Positions 12,901 to 26,699 are shown, counted from the whole stretch's first letter. The stretch: DNA of 63,828 nucleotides, filler included, from Octopus bimaculoides (GCF_001194135.2; 5 parts of 5 records of this genome joined end to end with filler, not necessarily neighbours in it), one strand, 5' to 3'. Notes: generated by a model from the letters alone, not told the origin. Program-made: numbers and translations.

Positions 12901-14609
12901 CGTATATACGTATGTATGCGCGTGTATTTACATACATTAGTTCATATTTATGGAGTTATTACTATGATGCAGAAAATGCGTGGATCTCACAAGCCGAGTC
13001 TGCGCACGACCTTTACAGTTGTATAAAACTTCTCCGTCAAGTGTAACAAACGGCTCGTGACAAACATATTAACCTGTTTCTTTCTGAGCTTCACTTCAGG
13101 CAAACATTGTTTTATACAGATTGACGGCAGAGTTCGTGCTTGAACGGCGCAAAGTTAGATCGATACTAGCTGAATGTGAAGGTAGATAGGTAGCTTTGAA
13201 TGGCTGCGGAGTTGGAGCCGGTGCACACTTCGCTGATGATAATGGCGGCGAAAAACGTGTCGGCGATAATGTTAATGCTGATGAAGATTGTAGTGGATTC
13301 GCATATTGTAATGGCGTCGTAGTTATAGTCGACGCTTTTGTGATTATTGTTGTTGTTGCTGTTATTGTTGTTGCTATTGCTATAGTTGTATTTTCTTGTT
13401 TGTTATTGTTCTCCTTAGTTCTTTGTTCTTTGCCTCTTCTCTTGTTGTAGCGGCGGCTGCGGCGGGGCTGTGGTGGTTGCAGTGGTGAGAACGATGACTT
13501 GTATCGAAATAGGAGTGGTGGTGGTGGTGGTGATAGCAAAGCAATAGTGGTTTAATCTAATAAGAATGGTGGCGGCGTTGTTGATGGCGACAGTGCTGGT
13601 GATGTGAAGTCGCTTCTGGCAATGTCGGTGTTGGCGCCGTTGATGGCGATGTCAGCGTTCTGGATGTCGCTGCTGTTGATGTTGATCTCAATGTTGTTGT
13701 TGTTGTTGATGTTGTTCATGTTGGTGTAGTTTTAGGGATGAACCATCGGTGCTTATTGTCTGTGTGAACGTGTAGCTGGCCGTCTGCATCGATGCCACAA
13801 TCATCGATTCTGATAGGACTAAGATGGCGGCGTGACGGATGTATAAACCGCCGTCACCGCCATCACCGCCATGCATTAGGTAGTACACACATACATAGAC
13901 GCACATACACACACAGAGACACACACGCACACACACACATATATACATATACATTATGTGTATAAGTAAACATATATACGTACATATACATGTAAATGCA
14001 TATATATATATATTCGCATATAANNNNNNNNNNNNNNNNNNNNNNNNNNNNNNNNNNNNNNNNNNNNNNNNNNNNNNNNNNNNNNNNNNNNNNNNNNNNN
14101 NNNNNNNNNNNNNNNNNNNNNNNNNNNNNNNNNNNNNNNNNNNNNNNNNNNNNNNNNNNNNNNNNNNNNNNNNNNNNNNNNNNNNNNNNNNNNNNNNNNN
14201 NNNNNNNNNNNNNNNNNNNNNNNNNNNNNNNNNNNNNNNNNNNNNNNNNNNNNNNNNNNNNNNNNNNNNNNNNNNNNNNNNNNNNNNNNNNNNNNNNNNN
14301 NNNNNNNNNNNNNNNNNNNNNNNNNNNNNNNNNNNNNNNNNNNNNNNNNNNNNNNNNNNNNNNNNNNNNNNNNNNNNNNNNNNNNNNNNNNNNNNNNNNN
14401 NNNNNNNNNNNNNNNNNNNNNNNNNNNNNNNNNNNNNNNNNNNNNNNNNNNNNNNNNNNNNNNNNNNNNNNNNNNNNNNNNNNNNNNNNNNNNNNNNNNN
14501 NNNNNNNNNNNNNNNNNNNNNNNNTATAGGTAAATATATATGTATATATATACATATATAGATAGATATATACACACACACACATATATATATGTATGTA
14601 CGAACGTGT

Positions 14610-14700
<91 letters not shown>

Positions 14701-15250
14701 CGTGAGACGACTATACATATGAACGCATATGTAGTATGCATACATGTAAGCATATATGTTATATAAGGCATTAGTGAATATATATACGTTGTTATTATTG
14801 ATAACTTATGTTTTCTAGTGCAGTGTCTACAGAATAGACATTGAGACTTCAGGCCAGTGATTGTTGAAACTACACTGACTACAATTCATGTCATATCAAG
14901 CTATTCAATCATCTACAATCTATGAAACGATGTTAAATTACTATAAATGTGCATAAGCATTATGCATGCGTATATATGTATGCTTGACTGTGTGGATATG
15001 TATACGTACCTCCATATGTTTATGTGTGTGTATGTGCGTGTGTATTATGTGCCTGTGTGTCTATGTTTCGAAATGTGTGTGAGCATATGTATGTGTGTGT
15101 GTGTACGTGTAGGCGCGCATGTTGTAAACAACGTAGTTAAATGCTGATTTATTTATGTAAAACTGAAGTGTTCAAGTGCACACTTTGCACCGGGGCCTCT
15201 GGTACGAACTGTGTATGTATCTATGTATATATATATATATATACACATGT

Positions 15251-15335
<85 letters not shown>

Positions 15336-16197
15336 NNNNNNNNNNNNNNNNNNNNNNNNNNNNNNNNNNNNNNNNNNNNNNNNNNNNNNNNNNNNNNNNN
15401 NNNNNNNNNNNNNNNNNNNNNNNNNNNNNNNNNNNNNNNNNNNNNNNNNNNNNNNNNNNNNNNNNNNNNNNNNNNNNNNNNNNNNNNNNNNNNNNNNNNN
15501 NNNNNNNNNNNNNNNNNNNNNNNNNNNNNNNNNNNNNNNNNNNNNNNNNNNNNNNNNNNNNNNNNNNNNNNNNNNNNNNNNNNNNNNNNNNNNNNNNNNN
15601 NNNNNNNNNNNNNNNNNNNNNNNNNNNNNNNNNNNNNNNNNNNNNNNNNNNNNNNNNNNNNNNNNNNNNNNNNNNNNNNNNNNNNNNNNNNNNNNNNNNN
15701 NNNNNNNNNNNNNNNNNNNNNNNNNNNNNNNNNNNNNNNNNNNNNNNNNNNNNNNNNNNNNNNNNNNNNNNNNNNNNNNNNNNNNNNNNNNNNNNNNNNN
15801 NNNNNNNNNNNNNNNNNNNNNNNNNNNNNNNNNNNNNNNNNNNNNNNNNNNNNNNNNNNNNNNNNNNNNNNNNNNNNNNNNNNNNNNNNNNNNNNNNNNN
15901 NNNNNNNNNNNNNNNNNNNNNNNNNNNNNNNNNNNNNNNNNNNNNNNNNNNNNNNNNNNNNTATGTTTATGTGTGTGTATGTGCGTGTGTATTATGTGCC
16001 TGTGTGTCTATGTTTCGAAATGTGTGTGAGCATATGTATGTGTGTGTGTGTACGTGTAGGCGCGCATGTTGTAAACAACGTAGTTAAATGCTGATTTATT
16101 TATGTAAAACTGAAGTGTTCAAGTGCACACTTTGCACCGGGGCCTCTGGTACGAACTGTGTATGTATCTATGTATATATATATATATATACACATGT

Positions 16198-16242
<45 letters not shown>

Positions 16243-17094
16243 ATATATCTAAGGATATGTATGCACGTATGCCTATGTATGTAAGTATGTATGCATACAT
16301 GCATGTGCCTATGTATGTATACATACAAATATATGTCTGTGTATTTGTGTGCATGTTTTTGCCCGTGTACGTGTTTGTGCATGTGTGTGTGTATTATGTG
16401 TGTGTGTTACTATGAAGTTATTCAAGATTACATTTCTATATGGGTAACCAGTAGCCGTAAATAACGTTTTTATGTAATTGTAGTTATTGTTATGGATAAA
16501 ATGAAATTTAAGTCACAAATATATCGCCATCGTTTCTTGACAGCTCTCCAAAAAGTATGCAAAACGTCTCTGACCAATTCCGTTCTCGAAAATAACGGGC
16601 AAACTTCCACAAGCTAAAGAGCTTTCTGTCCATCTTCATTTGTATTCGTAAAGGAGAAGCTAGAAATATATACAAGCCCTATTGTCATACAACTGTTCTG
16701 ATGGATTTCTTGAAACGCTTAAATTGGCTGAGCAAGTAAATTATATTCGAACTTTGACTGTTCATAGTCCTCTGTATTTACTCCTCATGGTCTTTCTGTT
16801 AAAAAGAGAAAAATATATGCTCGCGACCGAACTGAAGTCAATCTAACGATCGCAAATAATGAATATTACCTATATTTAGCAATTGAGGTTAGGTGACTTC
16901 TGGAATAAGTAAAAAGCTTTTCTCTTTACAGAGAAAAATAGAACAATATGTAATATATACATATGTATATAAATGGCCATTCGGACATGTTAGAGTCGGG
17001 CTCCCGTCAGGGGCCTGAGAAATTTGAAATAGCACCGAACCGAATAAAATTGTTTTAAATTACATATTTCACATACATATATATACATACATAC

Positions 17095-17193
<99 letters not shown>

Positions 17194-17425
17194 CACGCTG
17201 TTGTTACGGAACACAAACTTTTATAATATAAATATTATTTTCCTTCGTTCTTGTATTTGGCTTGCAAGATTGTTTATATGAATTCGTGCGCTGAAATAAA
17301 CTTTGTTGTGTTTTGGAAGAGTCATTACGCCAATATTAATAACCCATGCACCGTTATATTTTCCTTACATTAAAAAAAAAAACTAGCAGAATCTTTACTA
17401 CTTTAATAATATATCTTCAAAGGTC

Positions 17426-17615
17426 GGCGTGCTGGCAGAATCGATAGCACGCCGGGTAAAATGCTTAGCGGTATTTCGTCTGTCTTTACGTTCTGAGTTC
17501 AAATTCCGCCGAGATCAACATTGCCTTTCTTCCTTTCGGAGTCGATTAATTAAGTACCAGTTGCATACTGGGGTCGATCTATTCGACTGGCACCCTCCCC
17601 AAGAATGTCGGTCCC
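17426..17615 (+). mobile_element. SINE family A copy
   Basis: Colinear with 9194-9402. Confidence 0.85.
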
Positions 17616-18945
17616 TGAATTAGAGAAGAATAATATTTTTTCAAGTGGCTTCTTTTGACTACTCAAAGATTCAAACTTTAAACAGAAGTGTATAAACAAT
17701 TTATTATATCACAAAATTTAGAATGAAATGTAAATTCGCCATTAACAGAATTTGAATAACGAATGGCAGAGGGTAGAAACTAACAAATCACTCGGTCGGT
17801 GAGGTAGCATTTCAGTCAAATTACTTCTCTTAGGTATCTCCGTTAACGTTGACAATAATAGAATATTCTTTACACATGACTTCCTTGGAATCCTAATTTT
17901 CCACTCTATATTTCTCCAGCTCTTCCACAGAGAATTTTATCTTACATCCCATTAAAAGTCCAAGAAAGTGTATTGTCCTTACGGTATATCTACCAAACTC
18001 CTAAAACTTCTTGAACACGATGCATGTAAACCAATGGTGCACACAATTTAATCTATCTCATACAATTGGAATACTGCCCACTAATTTAAAATTTGCAAAA
18101 TCCATTCCAATCTTCGAAAACGTTTTCCCTATAGACATTTATCTAACATTGAAAAGATACTTAAAACGATAATGAATTCACACCAAGCAGATTTTATTGA
18201 CTCTTCCATCGTTTGTATTCTATAGGGTTTCTGTCTAAAAGAATCATCCAATACGGTCTTGTCTTCTCTGCTGCTGAAAATGCTCGGAACACACAAATCT
18301 TAAAGATTTTGATTCCTGTATGTGGATTCAGTCATTTATGTAATTATTTNNNNNNNNNNTATATAATTTTTTTATTTACGGATGTCATTTCATTTACACT
18401 TCAATTTAATTAGTCCATTAAATCTTTATGCTATTCGTGACCTTTCAAACACCTGTTTAAAACTTATTTATCGTATCGTAATCAACTTCATTATCTCCCT
18501 GGCTTCAAGTCAATCACTGCATAACACAAACTTAACTTCTCGGTTCACCCTTATTCTTTCTTCATATCAATCATCCACGAAACAATGAATGGTACGATGA
18601 TATGCCCAGCGGTTGAAGACAGCAATCTATTCATCTAGCCATCCATCTTCTCCTCCCACTACTCCTGGGAGGTTTCGTAGGGGTAGAGTACCTCACGCAC
18701 CTCCTCCTTCGGGCTCTATCAGCAGCAACCGTTAATATATTTTCCGGTTGGGCTCTTCAGCGCGACCAACTGAAGCTATGGATAGTGATTCTTGGTCTAC
18801 ATCTATGTCCTCTACCGGTTGGCTCGGTTTGAAGGATCTGGTGATTCTTCCTTGCCATATTCTAATAACATTTTCGTGGTACCGAAGCTGTGAATTCTCA
18901 ATGCAGAGTTCTCAATGCAGAGAAGTAGCTGCTCGAACGGGAGAG

Positions 18946-18976
<31 letters not shown>

Positions 18977-19319
18977 TGTATGTATGCATGCATGCATGCA
19001 TGCATGTATGTGTGTATGTATGTATGTATGTTTTAATGTGTGGGTGTATGTACGTTTATATGTATGTGCGTGTGTATGTATGTATGTATCTATCTCATCA
19101 TCTAGTCTATTTCAAGATTTCTTGCCAATAGAGAAAGAACCGGTTTCAAGGTTCCTTCATCGGAATTTCAGCATCAACAACAGGGTATTTTTGTTTGTAT
19201 GTATGTATGTATGTATGTATGTATGTATTATGTTTGTATGCATGTATGTGCAGATTTGTATGTGTTATGTATGTATTCTCATGCATATAGTTACATATAT
19301 AGACATGCTCATATATATT

Positions 19320-20065
19320 TAAATAATAAACTTCTGGAAAGTTTTACAGATTTTTACAGTTCCAGTGATTGATTGGATCTGTAGTCTACGAATTAGCTTT
19401 CTCCTTCCTGGTTTTGAGAAGCCTAATTTCTCAAGATTGGTATTTAGGCAGTGTGTTACATATCCCAGGGCCCCAATAATTACAGGTATAAATCTGAACC
19501 TGTAATCTGGATACAGTAACTACAGCTTTCTCAATAGTTCAGCATAAGTGTTCTTTTTTTCACTGATCTTCACCTTTATGTTAACATATTTTCCACAACT
19601 GGGCAGCTAATTTCCACAACTGTGCACAGTTTCTCTTCTCTATCCCACATCCTTATATCAGGTCTGTTGTGATTAAATTATATAGAGGTCTTCACTGATA
19701 CATTCCACTAGTATTCTTTTTTATTATGAGTGGCTATGGTTTCTACCATATTGTAGGTTTTTATTTCTTTGTCCTCGCGATTATCCTTCCAACGGATTTC
19801 ATTATAGAGCATCCTAGCTACAACGTCATGTCCCATCGTTAGATCATACCGTGATGACATTTCTGGACAACTGCTTATGATGTGGGTGATATCTTCAGAG
19901 TGAACTCTACAAATTCTGCATTGGTTGTCACATTTTACGGCTATTCTCGCATCTGTATCCCTTTTGTACATCAGGTATTTGGTTGATATTTCCTGTTCCT
20001 GGATTGCAAACGCATACCTTTCAAATGTGGAGGTAGTAATCCGGTTATTGGTCCATGAAAAACTG
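19320..20065 (-). mobile_element. RLE-type (R4-like) LINE 3' fragment, second family
   Basis: FAIQEQEISTKYL...CRICRVHSEDITHIISSCP (CCHC), then NHNRPDI...VVEISCP...IPVIIGALG; flanked by (GTAT)n. Confidence 0.85.
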
Positions 20066-20388
20066 CTTTGATGTATGTATGTATGTATGTATGTATGCAT
20101 GTATGTGCAATTTTTGAAAAACGTTAGAAAAAGAGCATCCAGACGCTAGCGTGGCTTTATGACAAGAAGCTTTCTTCCCAACCACATAGTTCCTGGTTTA
20201 GTCCCACTGCGTGACACTTTGGACAAGTGTATTCTACAATAGCCTCGGGTCGACCAAAACCCTGTGTGGGGATTTGTTAGACAGAAACTGAAAAGGCACG
20301 TCGTATGTATGTATGTATGTATGTATGTATGTATCTATCTATCTATCTATCTATTTTCTACCTACCTACCTACCTACCTACCTACCTA

Positions 20389-20428
<40 letters not shown>

Positions 20429-22360
20429 GCTATCTGTTTCTGTGTATGTGTGTGTGTTTTGTAAAAGCACCTTGCTGCTTCTAGTTTCTTCACATATTTC
20501 GAGTCCATCGCACTTAATATCATACGAAATAGTGTATCCGTAGAAAGGACCATGAAAACGACATGAATGCATGATAGTTATTTATCAACCTCAGAAAGGT
20601 TACGACAAAGTCGACTCATCAATTTTCTATTTAAAATGCTTACTGCAAGGGTTTTACTCCGCAGTTGATACTAAATGTTCATTCTATTAATAAATATATA
20701 AATGGTAATTTAATTATTGTTCTTCATGCAAATGGCGTCTCTAAATAATGCACCTCAGTGATTTATTTATTTATTTATTTACTAAACTTTAATGTTGATT
20801 TCAAATTTTGGCACAAGGCCAGAAATTTTTGGGGAGGGGTAAATCGATTACATCAACCTCAGTGTTCAGCTGGTAGTTATTTTATCGACTCTTAGAGGAT
20901 AAAAGGTGAAGTTGGCGTTGGTAGAATTTGAGCTCTGAAAGTAAAGTCGGAAGAAATGCCGCCATGCATTTTCTCCGGCACGGTAATGATTCTGTCAGTT
21001 CGCCGTATTCAACACCGCCTTTGATATTGATGATTATTTGTAAATTAATAGAAAAATAAACACATCAAAAGTGTTCATTCTATTAATTTTGATTCAGAAC
21101 ATGATAAATTTTAGTCTCCTCACAAATCAAAGCAAAGACCCTTAACCCTTATTTCACCTCAGCTTGCAGGTTTTTACTCATGATTTGAACACATTACTTC
21201 GGGTTCTCTTTATATATGCTATCCCCATGCAACAGTTATTAATCTATCCTCTGTACGTTGAGCTGCAACCGACATTCAAATCATTTTCTTCAATAAATAG
21301 CTCACTCGTTATAGCTGACTCATTATATATAGCATTTCTATATTGTTTCGTTTTGTTTTTTGTGTTTTGTTTATTTTTTTTCAACCTCACACTTTTTATG
21401 TCTAACGTTTTATTCCTTTCTCAATCTATATAACTCTTTATATCCACTTTCTTATAGCGAAATCTTTATTGCCGAATCCTTTTATCTAACTCAAATTTAT
21501 ATCTAAGTCTTTATATCATCCGTTTTATATAAACCGCTCAGTGCTTTGCATTTTATATGTAACTTGTTACTTATCTTTTTTTTTTTTTTAAATTCTTCTA
21601 CCGAAATCTTTATATCCAATGTTTCTTTATTATCATATACAAGTAGCCTGCTACATACATTGAAAAGTGGTTTCATAGAGATCTCAGTTAGATGCAGAAG
21701 TTAATAGCAAAGGTAAAATACTAAACATTAAAAGACTAACAGACATGTAGTATTAATTATATACAGTTGGACGCAACTGCTTTCTAGATGGTCGTTCAGC
21801 ATTGACAGCGCAAGAGAAGTGGATTTTTTTTTTTAAATCTTCTTATATCCCTCTCACCATAACTAAAACTATTCTATTAACAGTTGCTAAATTGCTTCTA
21901 AGGCAACCAATCAAGAATATTGGGCAGTTTCCAATGAATCTAATGTATCTTAATGAATTAATTTCTTTCTATCCGCTAGCCTCAAGCTATTCCATTCCAA
22001 CCTTACATTCTTTAATTTATAATATAATTGCCTTACTTTAACCCTTTCACTGAAAGATTTTTCCCCATAAATTCGAAATTTCCAAGGACGCTTTACGATT
22101 TATATCTGAGTTAATGCGAAAAAGACTGAAGAAATAATGAAAATAACATATTATCTGCATTTGGTATCAATTTATTAACTACTTCCTCGGTACAAACAAG
22201 GTATGGTAAAAGTTACGATGCTATGTTTAAAATGTATATATTCGTTATATATTCGTTTTACATTCGTTATATATATAAATGTATATATTCGTTAGTGCTG
22301 ATGGAAGTGGTATTAGTTCAAATTAGCGATCTCTATATATCATTCTTAAAGCATTATACA

Positions 22361-22781
22361 CTCTTTTACTCTTTTTTACTCTTTTACTTGTTTCAGTCAT
22401 TTGACTGCGGCCATGCTGGAGCACCGCTTTTAGTCGAGTAAATCGACCCCAGGACTTATTCTTTGTAAGCCTAGTACTTATTCTATCGGACCCTCTTGCC
22501 GAACCGCTAAGTTACGGGGACGTAAACACACCAGCATCGGTTGTCAAGCGATGTTGGAGGGACAAACACAGACACACAAACATATACACACACATACATA
22601 TATGTATATACATATATACGACGGGCTTCTTTCAGTTTCCGTCTACCAAATCCATTCAAAAGGCTTTGGTCGGCCCGAGGCTATAGTAGAAGACACTTGC
22701 CCAAGGTGCCACGCAGTGAGACTGAACCCGGAACCATGTGGATGGTAAGCAAGCTACTTACCACACAGCCACTCCTGCGCC
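22361..22781 (-). mobile_element. Full-length tRNA-derived SINE, family B (head GCAGGAGTGGCTGTGTGGTAAG; internal (GT/AT)n; LINE-like tail)
   Basis: A-box-like TGGCTGTGTGG and B-box-like GGTTCAGT.TC; tail ...CCAGCATGGCCGCAGTCAAATGACTGAAAC(AAGTAAAAGAG)n. Further copies at about 7490-7840, 20150-20300, 24360-24620, 28558-28675, 44720-44905, 46228-46385, 46795-46915, 50832-51203, 58480-58640 and 62325-63300. Confidence 0.9.
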
Positions 22782-23084
22782 CACTGTTGAAAGCTTTCTA
22801 AATTTTGTTTCGTTCCGAGATATTACCTCTTATAAATGCCTTATACGTTCATAAGTGATACTTTCTCGAGATGAACGCCGAAGTTTTAAAAGCTTTCAAC
22901 AGTATATATGCTTTAAGTATGATAAACAGATCGCTAATATAAATGTATATATTTCAAAAGGCAAGATTCCAAGAACAAATATATGGGCGCGCGCATGTAT
23001 GTGTGTGTGTGTATGTGAGTGCACACGTGAGTGGGGCGTATAGATGTATGGATGCATGCACATACGCATATATTTATATATATA

Positions 23085-23184
23085 NNNNNNNNNNNNNNNN
23101 NNNNNNNNNNNNNNNNNNNNNNNNNNNNTTAATTAATTAANNNNNNNNNNNNNNNNNNNNNNNNNNNNNNNNNNNNNNNNNNNN
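23085..23184. other. Artificial scaffold-join spacer (44 N + TTAATTAATTAA + 44 N)
   Basis: Identical 100-nt construct also at 29508-29607, 58690-58789 and 61607-61706. Confidence 0.95.
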
Positions 23185-24351
23185 AGCATAGTTGGAAAAT
23201 TGGGAGAATGGCTTCATGACTTTCTGAAGGATAGAAGTCAGGTGGTAGTAGCCAATGGGGCCACCTCCAATGACACACAAATAGTGAGCGGTGTTCCGCA
23301 AGGCACTGTTTTGGGACCACTACTGTTCATAATGGCCCTCTGAGACATACCCTCAGCCACACAAAAGTCTCACAGGCAATACAGAACCCTGAAGACACTA
23401 TGCACCTGCAATGTGAGCTGGATGAAATATACAAATGGGCTCAAAAGAATAACATGCAGTTTAATGCTGAAAAGTTTCAAGCCTTATGCTATCAGCATGC
23501 AAGACTAAATGCAGAACCCATTAAATACACTGGACCTGGAGGGACTGCAATCCAAGAGACAGGGACAGTGCGAGACCTGGGCATTTACATGAGTAATAAT
23601 GCATCCTTTCATGTTCATGTTGCTAAATTGTCAATGAAATGCAGGCGACTGACCAGATGGATTCTAAGGACTTTTAGAACAAGAGATCAGGAAACAATGA
23701 TGGTGCTCTGGAAGACACTTGTTCTAAGCCACTTTGACTATTGCTCTCAGCTATGGTCACCAACCAGTGTCAAATTAATGTCAGAACTTGAAGCAATCCA
23801 ACGAAGCTACACGAAGAAGATAGCCTCTATGCAGCATATAAGCTATTGGGAAAGACTCAAGAGATTAAGACTATATTCCTTAGAGCGTAGACGAGAAAGG
23901 CATGCCATAATATACATCTGGAAGATCCTCGAAGAAATTGTCCCAAACTTTGGCATCGAAAGTTACACAAATAAAAGAACTGGACGGCATTGCATAATGC
24001 CAAGGACTCCAAATTTGCCATCAAGATGTAGGACAAGATACTGCAATAGCCTGCGCTTCAACGGTCCACAGCTCTTCAATATCCTCCCGAAGGACCTAAG
24101 AAACCTGCATGCGGTGGATGTAGGTGTCTTCAAGAAGAGACTGGACCTCTTCTTGTCAGGTGTCCCAGATGAACCAACTTCACGGCAGGAGGTGCAGATG
24201 AGAGCAGCTGCATCAAACTCTCTCATGCACCAAATGTCAATTCCTGAAGTAAAATTCGTGAAGTGGAATTGTGTAGCAACACCAAATGGTGGCGCCCCAG
24301 CATGGCCACAGCTCATGAGCTGAAACTAGATAAAATGAAATGAAAATGAAA

Positions 24352-24352
<1 letters not shown>
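23185..24352 (+). mobile_element. CR1/L2-group (APE-type) LINE, 3' portion: RT C-terminus and 3' tail; 5' end cut by a scaffold join
   Basis: SGVPQGTVLGPLLF; ORF 23400-24323 with MQFNAEKFQ, VRDLGIYM, LDY/FDYCSQLWSP, LYSLERRRER, GPQLFNILP; ends in a (TGAAA)n-like tail. Confidence 0.92.
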
Positions 24353-24387
<35 letters not shown>

Positions 24388-26699
24388 ATTCGTGTGTCTA
24401 TTCTTGCCCCCCCCCCCACACCATCACCTAACAACATATATTGGTGTGTTTCCGTCCCCGTAACTAAGCGGTTCGGCAATAGTTTGAATAAGTTAGAATA
24501 AGCGTTAGAGTAAGTACTAAGCTAACAGAGAATAAGTCCTGGGGGCGATTTGTTCGACTAAAGGAGGTTCCTCAGCATGGCCGCATGCAGATGACTAAAA
24601 CAAGTAAAAGAGTAAAAGCGTATATGTGCATATAAATGTGTATGCCACGAATGTACATCCATGCACGTGCGCCCGCAAGCACGCAGACACACAGTCAGAT
24701 GCATCTCCATGTTGTCTAACAGTAGCTTGTAAGTTTGCAATAATAATTATTTATACTCTAAGTGGCTTATTAAATTTGGATATAAATCAAATAATTTTCT
24801 TTGGATATTTATTTTCCCGTCGTAATATTAGCTGTTATATTTTTTGTGATCGAATTTAGTATGATATTAAAAAAAATCGAATTGTAGCCGTCCGTCATAT
24901 TCCTTCAGGGGCTGGCCATATATAATACTACATATAGCTAAAAGCTGTTACAACTAATTGGAAAGAAGATTATTGATTTTAAATTAGGTGCCGTAACAAT
25001 AAAACCTCATGATATAGTTTCGAAATGAAGTATGGAAATGGCAAGGTATCTATATTTTATTGGCTGAGTGAATGTTATACAGCATATCTTGATCGTTGTT
25101 TATTTAAATTATTTTACATTATAAATAAAGACGATATCCATTTTAAAATTGATCAATTTAAATATAGGAAATATTTTGCAAATTTTCGGTAAATTGCAGT
25201 GCATTAATAACCATATGCAGGGAGATTAAGTTTATATATATAGTTTTATTAATTCCCATTGGGAATATAAATATAAATCAATGTTTTTGAAAGATATTTA
25301 CTGGAATATTAACTTTGATGAGGTGAAACAGCTCTAAACTTAACCAGTAAAATTGCTGGAAATAGAAGCAAACTTATCTCCCTGAGACCACCATCTACTG
25401 TTTTTAATAGAAATTAGAGATGTATCAAAAAATGTGCTATCGGAACCAAATGACTGAGAAGTGAACGGCGTTATGAAAAGAAGAAGAACAAAGAAGACCC
25501 ATGTTTTCGGGGAATTTCTTGCTCAGAAATTTTTCTCAAGAAAAGAAAGAAGTTTTAGCAAGATAATCAGCGAGCTACTAAAGTACTTTCAGAAATTCGG
25601 AAATAATACCAATTCAAATTTATGAATTAAAAACTATGTAATTCCTTCTCAGTTGAAGCCATGTAGTTCCAAATAATTTTAGTCAATTTAATAAAATCTT
25701 ACTCCATTCTAATGTCATTCTATGTCTCAAGGCAGCATGCTGGCAGGGCCGTTAAGAAGCGAGCATTTCGTCCGTCTGTATGTTTTCCGTTCAAATTACG
25801 CCGAGGTCGACTTTGTCTTTCATCCTTACGTGGTTGATAAAAATAGTACCTGTTGTGTAATGGAGTCGATGAAATCGACTTTACCACCATCTCGAAATTG
25901 CTGGCCTTGTGCCAAATTTGAAATTAATAACGTTCTATATAAGTCAGGTGAAATATAGCTCCAAATAAAATAAGTACCTCAATTTGTGAGTATCTCTATA
26001 TTGTGACATATTTGATATCAACACGTGGAAGAGAATGAAATTTTTAAAATTCATTAAGATATCTCATATATAAGTTGCGAGATATAATACAAGATTTTCC
26101 TGAAACGCTGCTTCGTCTGCGATTAGTTACATTATTTACATTTGACGGATATTTTTCCTCATCTTTATTGTTGTTAACACAACGTTTCGGCTGATATAAC
26201 CTCTCCCTGTCTTGGGGAAATTTCGAACCTGGGTTCTCATTCCTAAGGTAATTTTCGACGTTATTATTATTATTATTAGCCACTGCTTGAAATCGAACTC
26301 AGAATCTTGAGGTTAGTAGCCCGCGCTCTTCATGCCAGTGGGCAATTATGGAGTGAATTTTAGGGCTTAGAAATCTAATATTATTCTATCCTTCCTTAAT
26401 ACCGGTTCCCATATGCTACTCGCATCTGCTTAGGAAGTTGTTTTGTCCTAGCATATGTGCTGCTTCTGTTAGTTTTCGTATTTTCCAGTCTATTATTTTA
26501 ACTTCATCCCACAGGGTGAGGTGGTCTCCATTTTCCCATACACGATCAGCTATACCCATTTATTATTAGGGGGCGGCAGGTTTCGCCTTTGTATAACCTA
26601 CCACAGCTGAATGGGATGGAGTACACGCAGTCTTTGTTTATATTCTATTCTATTGGTGGTTTTACTCGAATGAGATATTTGCGAAGAGTTGTATTACTC

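Noticed and set aside
12600-13046. ORFs rich in CVCV/YIYI/MYVC/HTHT repeats here and throughout the window
   Set aside because: These are translations of (GT)n, (AT)n and (GTAT)n microsatellites with no coding signal.
15016-16230. Near-identical ~265-nt direct repeat (15016-15280 and 15962-16230) around a gap
   Set aside because: Identical copies on either side of an N gap and ending in a microsatellite are typical of uncollapsed haplotype or contig overlap.
17660-18900. Non-microsatellite stretch that may be retroelement debris
   Set aside because: I could not recover a diagnostic motif by eye, so it is left unannotated.
23129-23140. TTAATTAATTAA palindrome recurring four times
   Set aside because: It is always centred in exactly 44 N on each side, so it is an assembly linker rather than biology.
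23963-24316. 117-aa minus-strand ORF
   Set aside because: It is the antisense shadow of the LINE RT ORF.
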